Source: Bradymonadia bacterium
GTDB taxonomy: Bacteria > Myxococcota_A > Bradymonadia > UBA7976 > UBA1532
Reading direction: 5' to 3'
Assembly (NCBI GenBank): GCA_046290225.1
Contig: JBKAGE010000077.1
Span: forward strand, 1-64,000
DNA length: 64,000 nucleotides
Shown piece after piece: positions 10,236 through 19,904 of the stretch. The notes under the pieces were generated by a model. It did no database searches. It had not been told where the DNA came from and saw only the letters and a program-made list of their open reading frames with translations. How positions within the stretch are numbered: the stretch's first letter is position 1; each line of letters opens with the position of its first letter. Made by a program: the position numbers and the translations under genes.

Positions 10236-11732
10236 GTGTCGATGAGATCACGCACACGATCCATCGGGCGCTCGACCAGAAGGGTGCTCGGTTGGTCCCT
10301 GGCCCCCGCCGCCATGGTGGCCCTGCTTGCCCCCAGCCTGGCCTCCGCGCGGCCGACAGCGCCTCAGGGGGTGTGCACCACCTGGACAGAGACAGCAGGC
10401 TGTGCCGATGACATGGCCCCGAGCTGTGGGTTCTGTCACACCACACCACCTGCTCGAAACGCCTTCGGGCTGTCGCTCGAAGCGGTGCTGCTTCCCGACG
10501 AGGCGCGGCCGCTTGATCCGGCGAAGTTCGACGAAAATCTACCCACCGCCCTCGCTGCGGTGGCCGAAGACGACGCCGATGGTGATGGCGCCACCAACCT
10601 CGAAGAGGCCATCGCCGGGACCGACCTCTCCGACGACACCGACTTCCCTGGTCAAATGGTTGCCCCCACAGGCTGTGGCGATCAGCCCAACGCCAACCCT
10701 GATTGGAACGTCTGCGGGTACGACTGGGGCCACGCCTTTCGCAAGGTGAGCCTCGACGTCTGCGGCGCTCAGCCCGAATACGAAGACTTCGAGGCCTTCA
10801 AGGCGTTGCGGGGCGACGCCCGGGCCGAAGCCCTGGCCAAAGCCCTCGACGATTGCATGCAGACCGACTTCTGGCGGGGCCGCGATGGTGTGGTCTGGCG
10901 CCTGGCCCACAAGAAGGTCCGCCCCCTGCTCGCCATCAAGAGCGGCGAGAACGCTGGCCCGGTGCCCCTGGCGGACTACGATCAGGACTACAAGCTCTTC
11001 GTCTACACCCAGACCGATGATCGAGATGCCCGCCTCGCCCTCACCGCCGACTTCATCGTGCAGATGCAGGGCAGCAACCCGGTGCGCTTCACTGAAGACT
11101 TCAACACCCTGCGCCTCGAGCGGAACCGCCGGGCGGGCATGATCACCATGCCGTGGTTCTTCGTGATCAACACCATGTTCACCCCCATGCCCCGGACCAC
11201 GGCGGCCCAAGCCTACAGGGCCTACCTCGGCCTCGACATCGCCAAGAGTCAGGGGCTGTATCCGCCGGACGACGAGCTGATCGACTATGATGGCAAGGGC
11301 ATCACCGCCCCTGGCTGCGCGGCGTGTCATACCACCCTCGACCCGCTCTCTTATCCCTTCTCGCGGTACAACGGCATCAGCGGACCGCTCACGGGCACCT
11401 ATGCCCGCTCCCGAGTGAACTTCCTCGCTACACGGGAAGGCCTCGATGAAGAGGCCACGGCGTTGATGCAGCGCACACCCGAAGCGGGCTACCTCTTCGG
11501 CGAGCCCGTGGAGAACCTGCTGGAGTGGGCGGAGGTGGCCGCCAACAGCGACGACTTCGCCAAGGCCACGGTGATGGATTACTGGCTGCTCTTCATCGGC
11601 CACGGGCCGACCTCGGCGCCGGATCACGCAGAGTACGAAAATCTCTGGAAAGCCTTCCGCGACACCCACGAATACCAGGTGTCCCGCATGCTGCAGGACC
11701 TCATCCGCACGGAGGCGTACGGTGCACCTTGA
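10236..11732 (+). CDS. Secreted protein with two CxxCH heme-binding motifs (DUF1585/1588-cluster-like)
   Basis: Signal peptide, CGFCH and CAACH motifs, Ca-binding-like DADGDGATN, RAGMIT motif. Confidence 0.7.
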   Translation: MSMRSRTRSIGRSTRRVLGWSLAPAAMVALLAPSLASARPTAPQGVCTTWTETAGCADDMAPSCGFCHTTPPARNAFGLSLEAVLLPDEARPLDPAKFDENLPTALAAVAEDDADGDGATNLEEAIAGTDLSDDTDFPGQMVAPTGCGDQPNANPDWNVCGYDWGHAFRKVSLDVCGAQPEYEDFEAFKALRGDARAEALAKALDDCMQTDFWRGRDGVVWRLAHKKVRPLLAIKSGENAGPVPLADYDQDYKLFVYTQTDDRDARLALTADFIVQMQGSNPVRFTEDFNTLRLERNRRAGMITMPWFFVINTMFTPMPRTTAAQAYRAYLGLDIAKSQGLYPPDDELIDYDGKGITAPGCAACHTTLDPLSYPFSRYNGISGPLTGTYARSRVNFLATREGLDEEATALMQRTPEAGYLFGEPVENLLEWAEVAANSDDFAKATVMDYWLLFIGHGPTSAPDHAEYENLWKAFRDTHEYQVSRMLQDLIRTEAYGAP

Positions 11733-12558
11733 TCTGAGTCTCTGGAAGGGCCCTCTGGGCCGAAGCGTTCAGCTGGTGGCCTTGTGTGGTGCTGCGCTGC
11801 TTGGGTGTGATCACTACTCCACTGATCCTGGCAACAACGCAGGCGGCAATGCCGGCGCCGGTGGCACAGGTGCCGCCGGGGCTGGTGGCAATGCAGGGGC
11901 TGGTGGCAATGCAGGGGCTGGTGGAAACGCCGGCGCCGGAGGCAATGCTGGTGCTGGGGGCAACGCTGGCGCCGGTGGAAATGGCGGCAACGCAGGCACA
12001 GGTGGCGTCGCCGGTGAGGGGCAATACGCCTCCACGAGATCCAACCTGCGGTTCAAAGACGTCTACCGGCTCAAAAAAGACCTGTCCCGGGCGCTGAAGA
12101 TCCCCGAGGGCGAGCTGTGTCAGGAGCTGGGCCTCTACGACTGCTTCGACGAGATCCACACCATCGCCCTCAACGGCGTCGAGGCCTACGAGGCCAACAT
12201 CTACGAGCCCCCTGAAGATCCCGGCGTCACCGCCCCCCTCGTCATCGACCGTGTGATCCTCTCGGCCTGCGCCGAACGGGTCCGCCGCGACGCCGCCGGT
12301 GAAGAGGGCGCGATCTATGTCGACGTGGCCCTCGATGGTGGCCGTGTGGCCGATATCGACAGCGACACCGTAGCCGCCTCGCTCAACCGGCTCTTCACCC
12401 GAGCCTATCTGCGCCAGGCCTCTGAAGAAGAGATCGGCCATTTGAAAGATCTCTACCGTGAGATCGAAGGCAGCGACGCGAGCCAGATCCCCGCTCAGGA
12501 CTGGGGGATTCTGGCCTGCTACACCGTGTTCTCTTCTGTCGAATTCCTGTTTTACTGA
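11722..12558 (+). CDS. Lipoprotein with GGNAGA repeat linker
   Basis: Lipobox LLGC, tandem GGNAGA repeats, C-terminal SVEFLFY. Confidence 0.7.
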   Translation: MHLDLSLWKGPLGRSVQLVALCGAALLGCDHYSTDPGNNAGGNAGAGGTGAAGAGGNAGAGGNAGAGGNAGAGGNAGAGGNAGAGGNGGNAGTGGVAGEGQYASTRSNLRFKDVYRLKKDLSRALKIPEGELCQELGLYDCFDEIHTIALNGVEAYEANIYEPPEDPGVTAPLVIDRVILSACAERVRRDAAGEEGAIYVDVALDGGRVADIDSDTVAASLNRLFTRAYLRQASEEEIGHLKDLYREIEGSDASQIPAQDWGILACYTVFSSVEFLFY

Positions 12559-12568
12559 GGGAGGTTTC

Positions 12569-14065
12569 ATGAAACTGCGTAGACCGATGCACGCCGCCCT
12601 CAGCCGCCGTCAGCTGCTCAAGGGCATGGCCCTGGGCGGCGCCATGGCGACGATGCCCTGGAGCAGGCGCGCCCTGGCCCAGTCGGCCCAGCGGCCCAAC
12701 AACCGCAAGTTCCTCATCGTCATCGCCGCCGCCGGTGGCGCCTCGATCATCGACTCGTTCCTGGCGGTGCGGGCCTCTCAGTGTAGCCGCGCTGACGAGC
12801 TGAACACGTTCCCCGACGCCATGGTGCAGCAGATCGGCGAGTTCACCGCCATCGATCAGGAGCTGCGCAACCTCGGGCCCCTGCCCTACCGCGGATCAGC
12901 AGAGCAGAGCGGCTTTGTACAGCGGCACCAGAGCGACATGATGGTGGTGACCTGCACCGGCACCAGCGTCACCCACCAGATCGCCCAGAAGCGCGCACTC
13001 ACAGGGAACGACGCCTGGGGCGGTCGCACCCTGCAAGAGGCGGTGAGCGCCTCTTACGGCGAGGGCCTGCCGCTGCCCAATGTGAACATGGGCTTCGCCG
13101 GCTACCAGGAGCCGGGCATCGATCGCAGCCTGCCCGCCTGGGCCCGCCATGAGCTCGTGGGCGACGCCCGCCGCTGGGGTCTGGGCCTCGACGGCATGCG
13201 GGGCATCGAGTCGGCCCCGGCGCGCTCTCTCGTGGAGATGGCCCGCCGCACCCGCGACGAGCGCCTCCAGCCCGCCTCACCTTTCGTGCGCACCTTCGGC
13301 GCCTCCGAAGCCCTGGGCCGCTTCATGCAGAACCGACGCGAGAAGCAGCCCGCCCTCGAGACGGCGAACTACATGGAGCGTCTCAACATTTTGCGGTCGG
13401 GGCCCGCGACGCCCTTCGACGAGTTCGGCATCGGGAGCGCTGAAGAGGCGGCCCTGGTTCAGCAGGTGTTCCCCAACACGGCCAATGATCCCTTCGAGGC
13501 GCAGGCGGCCCTGGCGTACATGCTGCTCGTCAAAGATGTCACCGCCACGGTGACCATCGGCCCGGGCTTCTCACCCATCGTCGAGGCCGACCGCGGCGTC
13601 AACGTGGAGACCCCGCCCCTGGCCTTCGACTTCTCCCACAGCGGCCACCGGGCCACCCAGGCCCTCATGTGGAGCCGGGTGCTCGGGGTGATGGATCGGC
13701 TCATCGGCCTGCTGCAGAACATCGAGTACAAGAACGGCGAGAGCTTCTGGGATCACACCATGATGTACGTGGCCACCGACTTTGGCCGCACCCGGAACCG
13801 CCCGTCAGGGGCCGACGAGTTCTCCTCAGGTCACGATCTCAACAACGGGTTCCTGGTGGTGTCGCCTCTGGTGAACGGCGGCCGGGTGCTCGGCGGGGTC
13901 GATCCGGAGACCACGATGACTTATGGCTTCGACCCGACGACAGGTGATCCGCAAACAGGCCGGAACATGGAGGAGAAGGAGATCTATGCAGGCCTAGTGC
14001 AGGCTCTGGGCATCAACCCGCCAGGGAACATCCTGCCTGACGTACCAGCGATGCGTCGGGGCTAG
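12569..14065 (+). CDS. Tat-exported DUF1501-like protein
   Basis: SRRQLLK twin-arginine signal, FDFSH, TDFGRT, VNGGRVLG. GGAGG RBS. Confidence 0.75.
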   Translation: MKLRRPMHAALSRRQLLKGMALGGAMATMPWSRRALAQSAQRPNNRKFLIVIAAAGGASIIDSFLAVRASQCSRADELNTFPDAMVQQIGEFTAIDQELRNLGPLPYRGSAEQSGFVQRHQSDMMVVTCTGTSVTHQIAQKRALTGNDAWGGRTLQEAVSASYGEGLPLPNVNMGFAGYQEPGIDRSLPAWARHELVGDARRWGLGLDGMRGIESAPARSLVEMARRTRDERLQPASPFVRTFGASEALGRFMQNRREKQPALETANYMERLNILRSGPATPFDEFGIGSAEEAALVQQVFPNTANDPFEAQAALAYMLLVKDVTATVTIGPGFSPIVEADRGVNVETPPLAFDFSHSGHRATQALMWSRVLGVMDRLIGLLQNIEYKNGESFWDHTMMYVATDFGRTRNRPSGADEFSSGHDLNNGFLVVSPLVNGGRVLGGVDPETTMTYGFDPTTGDPQTGRNMEEKEIYAGLVQALGINPPGNILPDVPAMRRG

Positions 14066-14072
14066 AGTTGGC

Positions 14073-14681
14073 TCAACGCCACGCCTGAACCATCGCCTGT
14101 ACGGCGGCGTCATCGCCCTCCGCCGTGATCAGCCCACCCTTGAGCAGCATACGTGCGTCAGCCTCTCCGAAGACCAGCGCCCGCATGCCCGGTATGCCAC
14201 ATCGCACGACGGCGGCAGCGGTCGACTCGCCTTGGCTCACGGTGGGGCTGATCCCCAAAGTCACCGAGAATGGCGTCTCTTCCACCCACAGCTGCACCTG
14301 CGCCTCAAGCTCAGAAGGCTTCAGCCGACGTCGGGCAGAGGTCATCAGGTATCGCAACCGCATGCTCTCGCCTTCTCGTGAAGGCCCCATGCAGTGCCCT
14401 TCGCCCCACCGCGCAAGAGCGAAGATGGCCGCTTCGAGCTCGGCCCCGCGAGGGGTCAGCTGGTAGCCCGACTCTGTCTGCACCACGACGCCGTCTTCTT
14501 CGAGCTGGGCCAGCCGGGTGGCGAGCAGGTTCTTGGCGACGCCGGGCAAGTCTCGCCGCAGCTCGGACCACCGCTGCGGCCCCAGGATCAGGTTACGCAC
14601 GATGAGCATGGACCATCGATCGCCGATGACGTCGAGGGTGCGGGCGAGGGCACAGTATTGCTGGTAGCTACGTGATGGCAT
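14073..14681 (-). CDS. HxlR-family winged-helix regulator with SCP2-like C-terminus
   Basis: YQQYCALARTLDVIGDRWSMLIVRNL...YQLTPRG. Confidence 0.85.
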   Translation of the reverse strand: MPSRSYQQYCALARTLDVIGDRWSMLIVRNLILGPQRWSELRRDLPGVAKNLLATRLAQLEEDGVVVQTESGYQLTPRGAELEAAIFALARWGEGHCMGPSREGESMRLRYLMTSARRRLKPSELEAQVQLWVEETPFSVTLGISPTVSQGESTAAAVVRCGIPGMRALVFGEADARMLLKGGLITAEGDDAAVQAMVQAWR

Positions 14682-15387
14682 CCTGAGATGCAGGGTGACG
14701 CAAGGCGCGGAAAATCACCAGATGCCCCACGAGGGCGGTCCACACGTGCACGTTGACGATCCAGTTGAAAGGGGCATGGAACGGCAACACCACAGGTGGG
14801 CCTTCAGTGAACTGTCGCATGGGCAACGGCACACTGAGCACGGCCAGGGTGACCACGGTGAGCAACAACGCGAAGCCCATGATGTTCCACGCCCACACGA
14901 CCCACCGAGGAGCAGCCTGCTTCCACAGCGCCAGGGCGACGATGGGGGCTGTGGCACCGGTGACGACGTCGAAGTTGTACCCACTCCACGTCATCTGCAC
15001 GGGCAATGCTCCGGCGCCGTAGAGGCTGTGGAGCAGCCACTCCAACGGCAGCCTGAAGGTCTGCAGCCCCACGAGGATGGCGAGGGGCACGCTGGCCAGT
15101 CGCCGGCCGAGCGCGCTCCGCACGACGACGAGCCCGATGGCCATGTTGGCCATGAGGTAGAGCATGACCGGAGGTGGCATCTCGGTGCCTTCCAACACAC
15201 CTGACTCTGCGATGCCGGCGTGCAGGGCGAGCCACAGACACGTGACGATGGCGCCGAGGGTGAACCACTTTCGCTTCTTCTCCTTGGGTGCAGCACGCGT
15301 CAACACAGCGACATCAGCGAGGGCGACCACCAAGGTGAGCACGACGAAGATGATGGTCAGATGTTGTGGGGCGTTCATGGGGGGCAT
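14668..15387 (-). CDS. Polytopic membrane protein
   Basis: About 7 hydrophobic segments, QTFRLPLE and GYNFDVVTG motifs. Overlaps the start of the HxlR gene. Confidence 0.7.
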   Translation of the reverse strand: MPPMNAPQHLTIIFVVLTLVVALADVAVLTRAAPKEKKRKWFTLGAIVTCLWLALHAGIAESGVLEGTEMPPPVMLYLMANMAIGLVVVRSALGRRLASVPLAILVGLQTFRLPLEWLLHSLYGAGALPVQMTWSGYNFDVVTGATAPIVALALWKQAAPRWVVWAWNIMGFALLLTVVTLAVLSVPLPMRQFTEGPPVVLPFHAPFNWIVNVHVWTALVGHLVIFRALRHPASQDAIT

Positions 15388-15472
15388 GAGGTGCCTCGAG
15401 GCTTTGGTTTATTTTTTAAACCTAGCGACGAGACACACATTCAGAAAGCGGTATTTGAGGCACTCTCCCACC

Positions 15473-17338
15473 TCAGGCGCTCACTTCGGCCTCTGCCTCC
15501 ACCGCACGCCAGCCCGCAGCGGAGAGCGCCTCAGCGCCGTCACTCTCCAGCAATGCCCACAGCACGTCGCCCTTCTTCGGGCTGTAGTGTGCATCGACCG
15601 GCGCCGTCACCTTCCCCCGCTGATACAGCACAGGCAGCACCTTGCTCTGGGACAGCGAGAGCGGCTGAGCTGCATTGGCGTTCGCTGCAGGCAATTGCCA
15701 GCGCTCTGACTTCACCAGACGCTGATCGAGGCGGTCTATCCAGCGGTCGATCTCTCGCGGCCCGCCGAAGAGCACGTGCAAGCCCTCGTGCTCCAGCTGA
15801 TCCGTCGACATATTGCCCTTGGCCTCGCGGATCGCCGTCCACACCTTCTCGAGCTTGTGGACCTTCCGCGCGTGACGGGCAAAGAGCAGCGACACCGCGT
15901 CGTTGGGCACCGTCGCCATCACCGCTCGGCGACCGCTCAGATCGGCGGCGAGCTGTACGCGATCGGACATGCCGCTGCCGTAGAGTACGCGGAAGCCCTC
16001 GGCCTCCGCCGCGGCGCAGGCGTCGGCGTTGGAGTCGATGAGCACCACCTGATCCCCAGCCTCTCGCAGGCCGTTGGCCATGACCCGGGCGAGGCTGTTG
16101 GCCCCGAGGATCACCACCCCCTGCCCCGAAGCCCGGCGCAGGCCCAACAGACCCGCCACGAGGCCCGCAGGCAGACCCAGCAGGATCACCGTACTGCCGA
16201 TGACCAGGAACACCAGGGCCTGCAACGACTCGCCGCCCTCGACCCCCGCCCGCTTCAGGCTCACGGCGAAGAGGCTGGCCACTGCCGCCGCCACGATGCC
16301 GCGCGGGGCCAGCCACATCAGGAACACGCGCTCGTTGCGGGTGAGCTCGGTGCCCCGGGTCGACGCCATGACCGCCAGGGGGCGCACCACCAGAATCAGC
16401 GCCGCCACCGTGGCCACCCCGGCGAGGCCCAGATCGGCGATGGCCGAGAGACGCACGTCGGCGGCGAGCAGCACGAAGAGCATGCCGATGAGCAGCGTGG
16501 TGAGCTGCTCCTTGAACTCCTTCACCTCTTCCAGGGCGAGGTTCCGGGCGTTGCCCACCACCATGCCGGCGATGATCACCGAGAGCACGCCGCTCTCGGG
16601 GCGGATCACGTTGCTGATCTGAAAGATGGCCACAGCCATCGCCAGCGTGAAGGTGTTGAGCAGCTCCTCGGGCACCCCACGGGGGATGCGCAGGATCAGC
16701 ACCAGCAGATAGCCCGTGGCGCCACCGAAGATCAGCCCGAAGCCCAGGCGGCTGATCGTCTGCCAGACCAGCGTGCCCGCTGATCCCATGGCGCCCTCCT
16801 GGCCCAGGACCACCTCGAGGGCCACCACGGCGAGGATCGCCCCGATGGCGTCACCGAAGACCCCCTCGGCCTCGAGCACCGTGCCGACGCGATGCTGCAC
16901 CCTGATGCGGCGCAGCAGTGGGGTGATCACCGTGGGCCCGGTGACGATGACCAGGGTGCCGAAGAGGGCGGCGGTGGACCATGGCCAGCCCATGATGAGC
17001 TTGGCCATGACGGTGGCCCCCACGGCGGTGATGGCCGCCCCGAGGGTGACCATGCGACGGATGACCCCAGCCTCCCGGCGCAGCCGCCGGAAATCGAGTT
17101 GCAGCCCACCTTCGAACAAGATGATCGCCACGGCGAAGCCCACGAGCACGCCCATGCCGGAGCCGAGGCCCTCGGGGTGCACGATGCCGATGCCGTCAGG
17201 TCCGAGGGCGACGCCAGCCCCCAACAACAACACGATGCCCGGCACCCTCAGGTGCCGAGCGAAGATTTGCGACACCATGCCCATGGCGAGGGCGAGTGCC
17301 ACGGTGACCGCCGGGTTGTCCCATCCGTGATGCTCCAA
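15473..17338 (-). CDS. Cation:proton antiporter (CPA1/NhaP-like) with TrkA-N domain
   Basis: VAIILFEGGL, TGPTVI, LEAEGV, APRGIVAAAV, C-terminal VVILGAN Rossmann-like region. Confidence 0.9.
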   Translation of the reverse strand: MEHHGWDNPAVTVALALAMGMVSQIFARHLRVPGIVLLLGAGVALGPDGIGIVHPEGLGSGMGVLVGFAVAIILFEGGLQLDFRRLRREAGVIRRMVTLGAAITAVGATVMAKLIMGWPWSTAALFGTLVIVTGPTVITPLLRRIRVQHRVGTVLEAEGVFGDAIGAILAVVALEVVLGQEGAMGSAGTLVWQTISRLGFGLIFGGATGYLLVLILRIPRGVPEELLNTFTLAMAVAIFQISNVIRPESGVLSVIIAGMVVGNARNLALEEVKEFKEQLTTLLIGMLFVLLAADVRLSAIADLGLAGVATVAALILVVRPLAVMASTRGTELTRNERVFLMWLAPRGIVAAAVASLFAVSLKRAGVEGGESLQALVFLVIGSTVILLGLPAGLVAGLLGLRRASGQGVVILGANSLARVMANGLREAGDQVVLIDSNADACAAAEAEGFRVLYGSGMSDRVQLAADLSGRRAVMATVPNDAVSLLFARHARKVHKLEKVWTAIREAKGNMSTDQLEHEGLHVLFGGPREIDRWIDRLDQRLVKSERWQLPAANANAAQPLSLSQSKVLPVLYQRGKVTAPVDAHYSPKKGDVLWALLESDGAEALSAAGWRAVEAEAEVSA

Positions 17339-17451
17339 ACAGACCTCCTCAGGTGCGCTGCCAACGGGCAGCTGTGGTTGGTTATATGTCGTTTCGAGAA
17401 TGAAGTGTCAGAAGACGTCGCCGCCAAAAGGCTGCATCTGAGAGCGGGTGC

Positions 17452-18012
17452 TCAGAACCCGCCTTCGCAGCCCAGGCGGGATTTGACCCCCCACCGTGAG
17501 GACATGCCCACATCCCTGCTGGACAGCAGGCCCTCGGGATCGAGGTAGAAGTTGGTGGGGAACGATTTGACCTTGAAGGCTTCTACAGCCCCTCGATCTG
17601 CGATCCAGACGGGGTATTCGATGCCCGCCTCGGCGATGTGGGCCTTGAGGTGCGCCACATCGTCACCGTCGGCGGCGATGGCCACGAGAGCCTGATCGTC
17701 GTCGAGATCTGCGTGCACGGCGTTGAGGGTGCCGTGCTCCATCTTGCAGACGCCACACCACGTGGCCCAGAAGTGCAGCAGGGTGTGCTTGCCCCGCAGC
17801 TCGTCGAGGGTGTGCCGCTGACCCTGAAGATCGGTGAAGGTCACCGCAGGCGCGGGCTCACCGGTGGGCGGCAGATGCCTGGACTGGAACCACCCCACAC
17901 CCTTCACGATGATCACCACCAGGGCCAGCTCCACGATCCAGCTGACCCACCGCGGGCGCTTGCGTGCGGCCCGCTCTTCGGGGGCTGTGGATATGGTCTT
18001 GGGCGTAAGCAT
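17452..18012 (-). CDS. TlpA-like thiol-disulfide oxidoreductase
   Basis: N-terminal TM, FWATWCGVC, SFPT cis-Pro motif. Start position uncertain. Confidence 0.85.
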   Translation of the reverse strand: MLTPKTISTAPEERAARKRPRWVSWIVELALVVIIVKGVGWFQSRHLPPTGEPAPAVTFTDLQGQRHTLDELRGKHTLLHFWATWCGVCKMEHGTLNAVHADLDDDQALVAIAADGDDVAHLKAHIAEAGIEYPVWIADRGAVEAFKVKSFPTNFYLDPEGLLSSRDVGMSSRWGVKSRLGCEGGF

Positions 18013-18112
18013 TCGCTTCCAGATGCCGATGGGCGTACTCAGGGCTCGCTTTTCTGTGTACGCGCCCACATCATTCGAAGTGACATATCATCTCGCATAC
18101 AGGAGCTACACC

Positions 18113-18157
18113 ATGGATCGACGTGACGCCCTCGCCGGCATCGGCCTCGCCGCCTGA
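18113..18157 (+). pseudogene. Twin-arginine signal peptide remnant (MDRRDALAGIGLAA)
   Basis: AGGAG RBS, ATG, DRRDAL Tat-like motif, then a stop after 14 codons. Confidence 0.4.
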
Positions 18158-18259
18158 GCGCTGTCTGCCCTGGGGTGAATCCCGCAAGGGCCTACCCGTC
18201 ACCTCCGTTGCCCGATAAGATCGAACCCCTCGAAGATGTCACGCATGCGGAGGTGCCCC

Positions 18260-18769
18260 ATGAGCGAGACCCTGATCAAACACGTCGAGACTGATCAGCT
18301 CACCTTCTTGAAGAACGTGCCCATCTTCGGCGGCCTGTCCGACGACGCCATCCGAGGTCTGCTGGAGCACAGCCGCATCGCCCGATTCAAAGATGGCGAG
18401 CTCATCGTCCGCGAGGGCGAGCCCGCCAGCGAGATGTACGTGGTGCTCTCCGGCGGCGTGGCGGTGCTCAAACGACCCTCCGCAGGCAGTATGTCTGCAG
18501 CTGACCAGATGCTGTGCTGCCTCTCCGCAGGTGACTGCTTTGGCGAGATGTCCCTCATCGACATCCAACCCCGCTCTGCCTCGGTCCGGGCCCACACCCC
18601 CACAGAGCTGCTCTGTCTGTCGCACGACGAGTTCGCCCGGCTGTGTGCCACCGACATCGAGACTTACACGCTGATCACGCAGAACATCGCCCGGGAGATC
18701 TCCCGCCGTCTGCGGCAGGCGAATCGGGTGATCGCGCGCCTGGGGCAGATGCAAATCCTCGAGGCGTGA
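18260..18769 (+). CDS. Cyclic nucleotide-binding domain protein
   Basis: VPIFGGLS, IVREGEP, GDCFGEMSLID.QPRSASVRA. No HTH seen. Confidence 0.9.
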   Translation: MSETLIKHVETDQLTFLKNVPIFGGLSDDAIRGLLEHSRIARFKDGELIVREGEPASEMYVVLSGGVAVLKRPSAGSMSAADQMLCCLSAGDCFGEMSLIDIQPRSASVRAHTPTELLCLSHDEFARLCATDIETYTLITQNIAREISRRLRQANRVIARLGQMQILEA

Positions 18770-18777
18770 ATTCGCTT

Positions 18778-18979
18778 TGAGCGGACGGCCGCCCTGCGGG
18801 CCGCCTGTAGCGGACGGTCATCGCCTTTGGCGACAGCCTGTAGCGGACGCCTGAACCAGCTGCGCTGGCTCAGAGCTGTAGCGGACGCCGAAGGCGAGGC
18901 GTCCGCTACAGACGCAGCGAAGCGAAAGCTTTTGCTGGGTCGTCCGCTACAGGCGGCGCCGAAGGCGCGGCCGTCCGCT
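18778..18979. repeat. REP/REPIN-like nested inverted-repeat element
   Basis: Four forward AGCGGACG cores (three as CTGTAGCGGACG) and three reverse CGTCCGCT cores, separated by small hairpins. Confidence 0.8.
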
Positions 18980-19023
18980 TTTTATGCTATCCAACGTGGC
19001 CAGGATCACACGAGGCGAGAGCG

Positions 19024-19887
19024 ATGCAGAGCAGCCCCCAGACCCCCTTCGTCTACGACGTCAGCGAAGCCGAGTTCGAAGAAAAAGTCATCAAGCGCAG
19101 CCTCGAGGTGCCCGTCGTCGTCGACTTCTGGGCGCCGTGGTGTGGCCCCTGCAAGCAGCTCGGGCCCATCCTCGAAGAGCTCACCGCCGAGTGGGGTGGC
19201 GCCCTTGAGCTCGCCAAGGTCAACATCGACGAAGCCCCCATGCTCGCCCAGATGTTGCGGATTCAGAGCATCCCCACGGTGTACGCCTTCAAGGGCGGGC
19301 AGCCCATCGACGGCTTCATGGGCGCTCAGCCCCGGCCTCAGCTCAAAGCATTCTTCGAGCGCCTCGCCCCGGCGCCGGAGCGTGATCCGATGGAGGTGGC
19401 TGAGGAGGCCCTCGCCGCTGGTGATCTGCTCACCGCCGAGCAGGGGTTCCAGAAAGCTCTCAGCCAGGATCCGAACAACGGCTACGCCGCCGTGGGCATG
19501 GCTCGGGTCTGCCTCGCCCGCAAAGACACCACCACCGCCGGCAACTGGCTCGACCAGATCGACGAGACCAGCCCCGCGTTCCTCGCGGCGACAAACCTCA
19601 AGGGCGTGATGGCCTTCGCCGACGAAGTGGGCAACGAGACAGAGCTGAGGGCCGCGGTCGAGGCCAACCCCAAAGACGCCGCGGCGTGGTACAGCCTCGG
19701 CGCCACCCTGGCCACCGCCAACCGGATGGAAGAGGCCATGGCGGCCTTCTTGAACGTGGTGAAGGCCGACCGGCAGTACAAAGAAGACGGCGGCCGCAAG
19801 GCCCTGCTCGCCCTGTTCAACCTCATCGGCCAGGATGATCCTGCGGTCATCAGCGCCCGCCGCAAGCTCGGCGCACTGCTCTTCTGA
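19024..19887 (+). CDS. Thioredoxin-TPR chaperedoxin (CnoX/YbbN-like)
   Basis: [14 protein letters not shown] followed by TPR helices, ending RRKLGALLF. Confidence 0.9.
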   Translation: MQSSPQTPFVYDVSEAEFEEKVIKRSLEVPVVVDFWAPWCGPCKQLGPILEELTAEWGGALELAKVNIDEAPMLAQMLRIQSIPTVYAFKGGQPIDGFMGAQPRPQLKAFFERLAPAPERDPMEVAEEALAAGDLLTAEQGFQKALSQDPNNGYAAVGMARVCLARKDTTTAGNWLDQIDETSPAFLAATNLKGVMAFADEVGNETELRAAVEANPKDAAAWYSLGATLATANRMEEAMAAFLNVVKADRQYKEDGGRKALLALFNLIGQDDPAVISARRKLGALLF

Positions 19888-19904
19888 GAGATAACGGAGT
19901 TCTC

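Noticed and set aside
11836..12010. 18-nt tandem repeats as a DNA element
   Set aside because: They encode a GGNAGA linker with synonymous variation, so the repeat is at protein level
18113..18178. Selenocysteine or readthrough at TGA 18155
   Set aside because: A second in-frame stop follows six codons later
18778..18979. Possible CRISPR array
   Set aside because: Cores are only 8-16 nt, spacing is irregular, orientation flips, spacers are self-hairpins and no cas genes are present
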